Assembly (NCBI GenBank): GCA_039025515.1
Contig: JBCCOI010000001.1
Coordinates: forward strand, 6,221-70,220
DNA: 64,000 nt
Direction: 5' to 3'
Source: Planctomycetota bacterium
GTDB lineage: Bacteria > Planctomycetota > Planctomycetia > Pirellulales > Pirellulaceae
In this document: positions 56,806 to 64,000 of the stretch, piece after piece
Layout of the letters: every line of letters starts with the position of its first letter
How positions within the stretch are numbered: position 1 is the first letter of the stretch
Notes under the pieces: generated by a model
Database searches by the model: none
What the model was told of the DNA's origin: nothing
What the model saw: only the letters and a program-made list of their open reading frames with translations
Program-made: the position numbers and the translations under genes

Positions 56806-58470
56806 ATGTCAGATGTCATTACCCAGCCGAAGGTCTCGGCAGTACCAATATCGGTCGATTCAACGATCGAGGAGCAGCCCACAACGAATAGCGGAGCATC
56901 AGATGCAGTCGTGCGGCCGCGACGCTCACGTTTTCGCCGTATGGTCGTCACGCTGGCCGGTTGGATTCCGTCGACCTTGGTCGTTGCGGGACTTGGAGCC
57001 TTGGCTTGGTATGGCCATCACAACGATTGGAAGCCACCGAGGTTTGCGGCCACAGCTTCACCGACCGAGACCGGCCCCGCGTGGTGCGATAGCCACGGAG
57101 TGCCGGAAGAAGAGTGCATCAATTGCATTCCCGGTCTGATTGAAGACCCGCCGAAGCAGACGTTTTGTGATGTTCACGGCGTTCATGGCTGCGTGCTGCA
57201 TGATCCATCGCTTGCGGAGACGAAATCACCTGCCGAAGTGACGGACGACGATCTGGAAAGAGCAAAGCGGGCGTTGGCCGTTCGGCCTCGTCGCGAGAAT
57301 CTCGCACTCAGTCAATTGCCGGGTTCGCGGATTCAGTTTGCATCGGTTGATGCGATGCAAAGTGCGGGAGTAGATGTTGAACCGGTACAGCGGCAAGCGA
57401 TTGTTGAGAGTGTCGAAACGGCAGGGGAAGTTCGCTACGACGCTACAAAGACCGCGCAGGTCTCGCCGCCTGCTGATGGAATCGTCAAACAGGTTCTTGT
57501 CAACGTTGGTGATTGGGTCGAAGCGGGGCAGGTTTTGGCGATTGTCGATTCAGAGAAGGTCGGGCGGTTGAAGTCGGAGCTTTTGTCGGCATTGTCTGAC
57601 GAGCGACTCAAACAAGACGCCGTTCGTCGGATAGAACCGCTTGCCAACCGCAACGTCATTCCCGGAAAACGATTGCTTGAGAGTCAAACCGAACTTCAGC
57701 AGGCGACGTCTTTGGTGGAGAAGACCGTTCGTTCACTCGACAACCTTGGACTGTCCGTTGATTTGGACCGATTGCGTTCGCTGCAACCGGAGCAAGCCAA
57801 GGCGGCTGTTCGCAAGCTGGGCACGGAGAAAATTGAGGGAGGAAGCCTGAGTGACAATCTGATTGCCGTGACCGCTCCGTTGGCGGGCCGCGTGGTTGAC
57901 CGCGAAACGGTCGTTGGCGAAGTCGTTGACCGTGGTTCGCAGATGTTCCGGCTTTCGGACACGCGGACGGTGTGGCTGGATCTTCGCGTCGCTGCCGAAG
58001 AAGCATCACTAGCGGAAATCGGGCAGCAGGTTCGCTACCTGCCTGATGGTCACGCAACCGGACATCGTGGGAGAGTCATTTGGATCAGCTCCGATGTCGA
58101 TCGTGAAACACGCACCGTTCGTGTCCGTGCGGAGCTGGCCAATTCGGATGGTGAGCTTCGCAACGAGTCGTTCGGAATGGGTGAGATCATTCTTCGCGAC
58201 GAAAGCGATGCGATCGTTGTGCCGGAATCATCCGTTCAATGGGACGGCGAGAACACGCTGGTGTTTGTTCGCGACGCTCGTTTCTTCGAGAAAGACCGAC
58301 CGAAGTTCTTTGTTTCTCGATCGGTTCGTGTGGGAGTCACACAGGACGGATTCACGGAAATCATTGCAGGCGTACTTCCCGGCGAGATCGTGGCAAGCAG
58401 TGGCAGTGACGTGCTGCGGGCGCAGTTGCTGAAGAACAACTTGGGTGCGGGCTGCACCTGTGGTCACTGA
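56806..58470 (+). CDS. czcB: CzcB-type RND periplasmic adaptor
   Basis: TM anchor, biotinyl-like hairpin, APLAGRV, TRTVRVRAEL. Confidence 0.88.
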   Translation: MSDVITQPKVSAVPISVDSTIEEQPTTNSGASDAVVRPRRSRFRRMVVTLAGWIPSTLVVAGLGALAWYGHHNDWKPPRFAATASPTETGPAWCDSHGVPEEECINCIPGLIEDPPKQTFCDVHGVHGCVLHDPSLAETKSPAEVTDDDLERAKRALAVRPRRENLALSQLPGSRIQFASVDAMQSAGVDVEPVQRQAIVESVETAGEVRYDATKTAQVSPPADGIVKQVLVNVGDWVEAGQVLAIVDSEKVGRLKSELLSALSDERLKQDAVRRIEPLANRNVIPGKRLLESQTELQQATSLVEKTVRSLDNLGLSVDLDRLRSLQPEQAKAAVRKLGTEKIEGGSLSDNLIAVTAPLAGRVVDRETVVGEVVDRGSQMFRLSDTRTVWLDLRVAAEEASLAEIGQQVRYLPDGHATGHRGRVIWISSDVDRETRTVRVRAELANSDGELRNESFGMGEIILRDESDAIVVPESSVQWDGENTLVFVRDARFFEKDRPKFFVSRSVRVGVTQDGFTEIIAGVLPGEIVASSGSDVLRAQLLKNNLGAGCTCGH

Positions 58471-58493
58471 GCCTGCTGAAAAGGATTTCCACA

Positions 58494-61400
58494 ATGCTCA
58501 CGCGCCTGATTGAACTCTCGTTGCATCATCGCTTCGCCGTACTGCTCGGCGTGGTCGTGTTGATCGCCGGTGGCGGCTACGCACTCAGCCAGCTTGATGT
58601 CGATGCGTTTCCCGACACAACACCGATTATGGTGCAGGTCAACACGACCGCCCCGGCACTGTCGCCCGAAGAAATAGAGAGGCAGATCACTTATCCGATC
58701 GAACAATCGCTCAGCGGACTGCCGTCGCTTGAGAACATTCGCTCGGTCTCGAAGTACGGCTTCTCGCAGGTCGTCGTTACCTTCGAGGATGGCACCGATA
58801 TCTACTTCGCTCGGCAAGTCGTCGGTGAAAGACTGGCAACGGTTGAGCTTCCCGGTGGTGTGGGCCGACCGAAGATGGGACCGGTCGCCACGGGGCTCGG
58901 TGAAGTCTTTCATTATGTGCTGACATATCCGGGCGTGGACTTCAACAAGCTGCCGGAGGCCGAACGCACGCGAATGCTGACGGAACTTCGCACGACGCAC
59001 GACTGGGTTGTCAAACCGCAGTTGCGAACCGTAGCCGGGACGGCGGAGATCAACAGTTGGGGCGGCTACGAAAAGCAGTTTCAGGTTCTCATCGAGCCTG
59101 CCGGATTGGTCTCACGCGATCTAACGTTTACCGAAGTTGTCGACGCATTACAGGCGAACAATCGCAACGTCGGCGGCGGCAACGTAGATCGCATGGGCGA
59201 AATGCTGCTGGTTCAGGGGCTGGGCCGAACGACCGACATTTCGCAAATCGAGAACATTGTCATCAAGGCCGTCGATGGCGTTCCCGTGCGAATCCGCGAC
59301 ATTGCAACGGTTGACGTTGGACATGAGATACGACGCGGTGCCGTGACGGCGGATGGCAACGGTGAAGCGGTCATGGGCCTCGGGTTCATGTTGATGGGAG
59401 AGAACACACATCAGTACACCGACGCGCTGAAGAAGCGAGTCGAAGAAATCAAAGCCAACCTGCCGCCGGGAATGACGCTGGTCACGATGTATGACCGCAC
59501 GGAGCTTGTCGATTCGGTGATCGACACCGTCCGCAAGAATCTGTTTGAAGGCGGATTCCTCGTCATTGCTGTGCTGTTCTGCTTTCTCGGGAACCTGCGA
59601 GCCGGATTGATTGTTGCATTGGCAATTCCGCTTTCGATGCTGTTCGCGTTCAGCGGCATGTGGCGATTCGCAATCTCGGCCAGCCTGCTTAGTTTAGGTG
59701 CGATCGATTTCGGACTCGTCGTCGATAGTTCGGTGGTAATGGTCGAGAACTGCGTCCGCCATTTGTCGCAGGCCAATCCACTGAATCGCAGTCGGCTGGA
59801 ACGCATTCGTGACGCGGCGGTTGAGGTTCGCGGGCCTACGATGTTCGGTGAACTGATCATCATGATCGTGTACCTGCCGATCCTGACGCTGGAAGGTATC
59901 GAAGGCAAGATGTTCCGTCCGATGGCGCTCACGGTGATCTTTGCTCTGGCCGGTTCGATGTTGCTCTCGATGACTCTGATGCCGGTTCTGGCGAGTCTGT
60001 TACTGCCAAAGAAGATGAGCCACCGCGAGCCACTGCTCGTGCGCATTCTCAAGCGACTCTACCGGCCCGTGCTGCACTTCACGATGCACCAGAAGACGGC
60101 AATCATTGGATTTGCCGTGGCGGTTCTCGTTGTTGCTTTCGGCATGATCGCTCCCAATCTTGGCACGGAGTTCATGCCGCAACTTTCGGAAGGCTCGGTA
60201 GCGATCAATGTGGTTCGTCTGGCGGGGACTCAACTGGACGAGTCGATGCGATTCAATACACAGATGGAAAGGGCTTTGCTGGACGAGTTTCCCGACGAAG
60301 TGTCCCATGTCTGGAGTCGCATCGGGTCGGCGGAAATCGCCACCGATCCAATGGGACTCGAATTGACCGATGTTTTCATTACGCTCACACCGCGTAGCCA
60401 ATGGAAGAAGGCATCAACACAAGGCGAGCTGACGGCGTTGTTCGAGCAGAAACTGCGAACCCTTCCCGGCCAACGCCTTGCCTACACACAGCCAATCAAA
60501 CTAAGGATGGACGAACTGGGAACGGGCAGTCGGAGCGACATTGCCGTCAAGCTGTACGGCGATGATCTGGATACGCTCGCCACCAAGGCAGCGGAAATTG
60601 AACGAGTGCTGCTCGACGTGCCCGGTTCAGCGGATGTTGGTGCGACGCAGTTGACTGGGCAGCCAATGCTGCAAGTCAAGGTCAAGCAGGACCAAATTGC
60701 GCGTTACGGTGTACCTGCTTCCAGCGTGCTGGATTTGGTCGAAGCGATCGGCAATCGTCCCGTCGGCGATGTATTTCAGGGTCAGCTTCGCTTTCCGCTT
60801 ACCGTCCGGCTTCCCGACCAGTATCGAAACGATCCTGAAAAGATTACTTCCATTCCAGTCACAACTCCGCGCGGCGAACAAATCCCGCTGGGGCGACTGG
60901 CCGATGTGCAGTTCACCAGCGGTCCGTCACAAATTGCCCGCGAATGGGGACAACGCCGAGTCACCGTATCGGTCAACGTGCGAGGGCGTGATGTTGGTAG
61001 TTTCGTCGCAGAAGCGGAGCGTAAGATTGCGAAGCAGGTGACACTGCCGTCGGCAAGATATCACGTTGAGTTCGGCGGACAGTTTGAACACATGATTCAG
61101 GCTCGGCAACGATTGTTCATCGTCGTGCCGGTTGCATTGGTACTGATCTTTACACTGCTGTATGTGACCTACGGCAACGTCATCGACACCGTGCGAATCT
61201 TCACGGGTATTCCGTTCGCATGGACGGGCGGGGTGATTGCTTTGTGGCTGCGAGACATGCCGTTTTCGATCTCGGCTGCTGTTGGGTTTGTAGCCTTGTC
61301 AGGTGTGGCGGTGCTGGACGACATGCTGCTGGTTTCCACGATTCGACAATTACGACAACGTGGGCGCGACTTGGAAACAGCCGTCGAGGAAGCGGCTTTG

Positions 61401-61724
61401 ACAAGACTTCGCCCTGTGCTGATGACAACGCTGGTGGCAGCCTTGGGCTTTGTCCCGATGGCCCTCAGCACCGGCATGGGAGCGGAAGTGCAGCGACCGC
61501 TTGCCACAGTCGTCATCGGCGGCGTGATTAGCGCGATGGTGATGTCGCTGCTGGTCCTGCGAGTCCTTTACATGGTATTTCAAAACCCATTGGGCTCAGC
61601 GGATGAGACGTCAGTCGATGACGAGACGCCGCGAAGGATCAATGGGGAACCTGTTGAGAGAGAGACATTCAGCGAGAGTTCTACACAGAGGCAACCGAGT
61701 CGTTTCGGTGCCGACGCTCGCTGA
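58494..61724 (+). CDS. czcA: CzcA-type heavy-metal RND permease
   Basis: DAFPDTT..VQV, LGAIDFGLVVDSSVVMVEN, RLRPVLMT, QRPLATVVIGG. Confidence 0.94.
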   Translation: MLTRLIELSLHHRFAVLLGVVVLIAGGGYALSQLDVDAFPDTTPIMVQVNTTAPALSPEEIERQITYPIEQSLSGLPSLENIRSVSKYGFSQVVVTFEDGTDIYFARQVVGERLATVELPGGVGRPKMGPVATGLGEVFHYVLTYPGVDFNKLPEAERTRMLTELRTTHDWVVKPQLRTVAGTAEINSWGGYEKQFQVLIEPAGLVSRDLTFTEVVDALQANNRNVGGGNVDRMGEMLLVQGLGRTTDISQIENIVIKAVDGVPVRIRDIATVDVGHEIRRGAVTADGNGEAVMGLGFMLMGENTHQYTDALKKRVEEIKANLPPGMTLVTMYDRTELVDSVIDTVRKNLFEGGFLVIAVLFCFLGNLRAGLIVALAIPLSMLFAFSGMWRFAISASLLSLGAIDFGLVVDSSVVMVENCVRHLSQANPLNRSRLERIRDAAVEVRGPTMFGELIIMIVYLPILTLEGIEGKMFRPMALTVIFALAGSMLLSMTLMPVLASLLLPKKMSHREPLLVRILKRLYRPVLHFTMHQKTAIIGFAVAVLVVAFGMIAPNLGTEFMPQLSEGSVAINVVRLAGTQLDESMRFNTQMERALLDEFPDEVSHVWSRIGSAEIATDPMGLELTDVFITLTPRSQWKKASTQGELTALFEQKLRTLPGQRLAYTQPIKLRMDELGTGSRSDIAVKLYGDDLDTLATKAAEIERVLLDVPGSADVGATQLTGQPMLQVKVKQDQIARYGVPASSVLDLVEAIGNRPVGDVFQGQLRFPLTVRLPDQYRNDPEKITSIPVTTPRGEQIPLGRLADVQFTSGPSQIAREWGQRRVTVSVNVRGRDVGSFVAEAERKIAKQVTLPSARYHVEFGGQFEHMIQARQRLFIVVPVALVLIFTLLYVTYGNVIDTVRIFTGIPFAWTGGVIALWLRDMPFSISAAVGFVALSGVAVLDDMLLVSTIRQLRQRGRDLETAVEEAALTRLRPVLMTTLVAALGFVPMALSTGMGAEVQRPLATVVIGGVISAMVMSLLVLRVLYMVFQNPLGSADETSVDDETPRRINGEPVERETFSESSTQRQPSRFGADAR

Positions 61725-61752
61725 TGAAAGTTGATTGCAAGGAGAAACTGCA

Positions 61753-62118
61753 ATGCGTTTGGTTTACGGAATGATGTTGTTGGCGATGTTCGGATTCACC
61801 ACGGTCGGCATGATCGGGTGTAGTTTCAACACGGACACGGTCAGCACGGAAGAACACGATGACCACGATCATGAAGGCGAGGAACACGCCTCACACGATC
61901 ACGGCGGTTGGTGGTGCAATGAACACGGCGTGCCCGAAGACGAATGTGCGTTGTGCAAGACATCGTTGGTCGCCGAGTTCAAAGCGAAAGGCGACTGGTG
62001 TGACGAACACGATCGGCCGGAATCGCAGTGCTTTTCCTGCAACCCCGATCTGTTCGACAAATTCGCGGCAAGATACGAGGCCAAGTTCGGTGAACAGCCA
62101 CCAAAACCAACGGAGTGA
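61753..62118 (+). CDS. Small His/Cys-rich lipoprotein associated with the RND system
   Basis: Lipobox MIGC, His tract, two WCxEH..PE..C..C motifs. Confidence 0.78.
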   Translation: MRLVYGMMLLAMFGFTTVGMIGCSFNTDTVSTEEHDDHDHEGEEHASHDHGGWWCNEHGVPEDECALCKTSLVAEFKAKGDWCDEHDRPESQCFSCNPDLFDKFAARYEAKFGEQPPKPTE

Positions 62119-62124
62119 TCACGA

Positions 62125-64000
62125 GTGAGTAAGGAGAACAAGGAAGCAGAGATTGAACTACGCATTTACGGGATGGATTGCGCTGAGGAGGTAACGCTCC
62201 TCAAGCGTGAGTTGATTCCGCTGCTGGGTGATGAAGACCGGCTCGGTTTTGATCTCTTGAATGGCAAGTTGACCGTTGACACGTCTTCACTTAGCGTATC
62301 GCGAGAGGATGTACTGACAGCGATCGAGCGATCTGGCCTGAAGTCCGAGCCTTGGCAGGACGATGGCGTGGCCAGTGACAACCAGTCGTTCTGGCAACAA
62401 CATCAACGGTTGATATTGACTGCTGTTAGTGGACTGTTTGGACTAGCCGGGTTGGTAGTTCAACTCGCTACCGCGAGCCAATCAGAAACCCTTCCGCTTG
62501 TGTCAATCGCGCTGTATAGCGTCGGCATTGTCGCAGGGCTGTTGATGGTTCTGCCCAAAGCATGGCGGTCACTGGTTTCGTTACGTCCAGACATGAATCT
62601 GTTGATGTCGGTGGCCGTCATTGGAGCGGTGCTGATCGGCGAATGGTTCGAGGGAGCGACGGTTGCGTTTCTGTTTTCTTTATCGTTACTGCTGGAATCG
62701 TGGAGTGTTGGGCGGGCACGCCGGGCAATCGCGTCGTTAATGGACCTGTCGCCTCCGACCGCACACCTTCGCGATGAATCCGGTGATGTGAACGACGTGG
62801 CTCCGGCAGATGTGCCCGTTGGTTCCACGGTCGTTGTTCGTCCCGGCGAAAAGATTCCGCTGGATGGTCGAGTCCTCAGCGGCATCAGCGGTGTGAATCA
62901 AGCACCGATCACGGGTGAAAGTGTTCCAGTGGAAAAGGAACCCGGCGATGAAATCTTTGCCGGAACGATCAACGGCGATGGATTGCTCGAAATTGAAACC
63001 ACCAAGGCTGCTGACGATACGACGCTGGCCCGAATCATCAGAATGGTGGGTGACGCCAGTTCCAAGCGTGCCCCGTCGGAAAAATGGGTGGAGAAATTTG
63101 CGGCCGTTTATACGCCCGCCGTCATGGCGGTGGCACTGCTGATGCTGTTGATTCCGCCGCTGGCTTTTGGCGACGAGTGGTCCGTCTGGCTTTACCGTTC
63201 TCTCGTGCTATTGGTCATCGCTTGTCCTTGTGCTCTCGTTATTTCAACACCTGTCAGCGTGGTGGCTGCCTTGGCGGCTGCTGCTCGAAACGGCGTTCTC
63301 ATCAAGGGCGGCGTGTTCATCGAAGTGCCGGCCCATCTGAAGGCCATCGCGATGGATAAAACCGGCACATTGACGCGGGGCGAACCAGCGGTTGTTGACG
63401 TAGTGCCGATGGACGGGCACGACGAAGACGAGCTTCTGTTGCGAGCCGGTGCGTTGGAACTAAACAGCAATCACCCTCTGGCCCGAGCAATTGTTGAAGA
63501 GACCAAGCAACGCAAGCTGGAGCTTGTCCCCGCCGATGACTTCGAGACGATTCAAGGTAAAGGAGCGGCAGGCGTCATCAATGGCAAACCGTTCTGGTTG
63601 GGTTCTCATCGCTACTTGGAACAGCGTGGACAAGAGACACCAGAGGTTCACAATCAACTAGAGTCCATGCAGGAAGCGGGTCGAACGGTTGTCGTCGTTG
63701 GCAACGACGAACATGTCTGCGGCTTCATCACGCTGGCCGATGCCATTCGAGAAGAAACCCGCGATGCGATTCGTGAGCTACACAATGCGGGTGTCGAGAA
63801 ACTGGTCATGCTGACCGGCGACAATGAAGGCACAGCGAAAGCAATCGCGAGTGAAGCAGGCATCGACGAAGTTCACGCCGAGCTATTGCCGGAAGACAAA
63901 GTCACTGCCGTTGAAAGACTGGTCAAACAGCATGAACACGTCGCGATGATCGGCGACGGCGTCAACGACGCTCCGGCACTCGCACGCGCCTCGCTTGGTC
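62125..64000 (+). CDS. Zn/Cd/Pb-type P1B ATPase (CadA/ZntA-like), truncated by the window edge
   Basis: Read from DNA (not in the ORF track): GMDCAEE, DMNLLM, TGES, IACPCALVISTP, DKTGTLT, HP, GDGVNDAPAL. Confidence 0.9.
   Translation, partial: MSKENKEAEIELRIYGMDCAEEVTLLKRELIPLLGDEDRLGFDLLNGKLTVDTSSLSVSREDVLTAIERSGLKSEPWQDDGVASDNQSFWQQHQRLILTAVSGLFGLAGLVVQLATASQSETLPLVSIALYSVGIVAGLLMVLPKAWRSLVSLRPDMNLLMSVAVIGAVLIGEWFEGATVAFLFSLSLLLESWSVGRARRAIASLMDLSPPTAHLRDESGDVNDVAPADVPVGSTVVVRPGEKIPLDGRVLSGISGVNQAPITGESVPVEKEPGDEIFAGTINGDGLLEIETTKAADDTTLARIIRMVGDASSKRAPSEKWVEKFAAVYTPAVMAVALLMLLIPPLAFGDEWSVWLYRSLVLLVIACPCALVISTPVSVVAALAAAARNGVLIKGGVFIEVPAHLKAIAMDKTGTLTRGEPAVVDVVPMDGHDEDELLLRAGALELNSNHPLARAIVEETKQRKLELVPADDFETIQGKGAAGVINGKPFWLGSHRYLEQRGQETPEVHNQLESMQEAGRTVVVVGNDEHVCGFITLADAIREETRDAIRELHNAGVEKLVMLTGDNEGTAKAIASEAGIDEVHAELLPEDKVTAVERLVKQHEHVAMIGDGVNDAPALARASLG

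Larger units (their letters stand above)
1945..64000. mobile_element. Integrative (mobilizable/conjugative-type) element with heavy-metal resistance cargo; right end not in the window
   Basis: tRNA fragment abutting a serine integrase, followed by coupling protein, relaxase-like genes, ArdC, ParAB, RepA with iterons, then clustered metal-resistance genes. Confidence 0.8.

Overview
GC-rich (Planctomycetota-like by protein style; inferred) window. After a DEAD-box helicase, a 3' half of tRNA-Pro(CGG) at ~1945-1992 marks the junction of a large integrated element that appears to run past the right edge. Its backbone (2-26 kb) has a large serine recombinase, an MT-A70 methyltransferase, three small PC4-like proteins and a VirD4/TraD-like coupling protein flanked by two pairs of Replic_Relax (MOBC-like) proteins. 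It also carries an HTH-pseudokinase / dead Cas4-like / kinase trio, ArdC behind an Frpo-like stem-loop, a WD40-Tudor protein, ParAB with palindromic sites, RepA with iterons and a DnaA box, and a DnaQ-like exonuclease. Two long non-coding stretches are densely base-paired on the + strand. The one at ~24.1-24.7 kb contains a group II intron domain V and a domain VI with a bulged A, lying upstream of domain I-like motifs and with no RT ORF. This is a candidate ORF-less, circularly permuted group II ribozyme and the top finding. The cargo (26-64 kb) is a copper/heavy-metal island: CopA, Csp, multicopper oxidase, CsoR with four operators, CusBA/TolC, a redox/multiheme module, CzcBA and a partial CadA/ZntA. 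All calls were made by eye from motifs; no database searches or folding programs were run.
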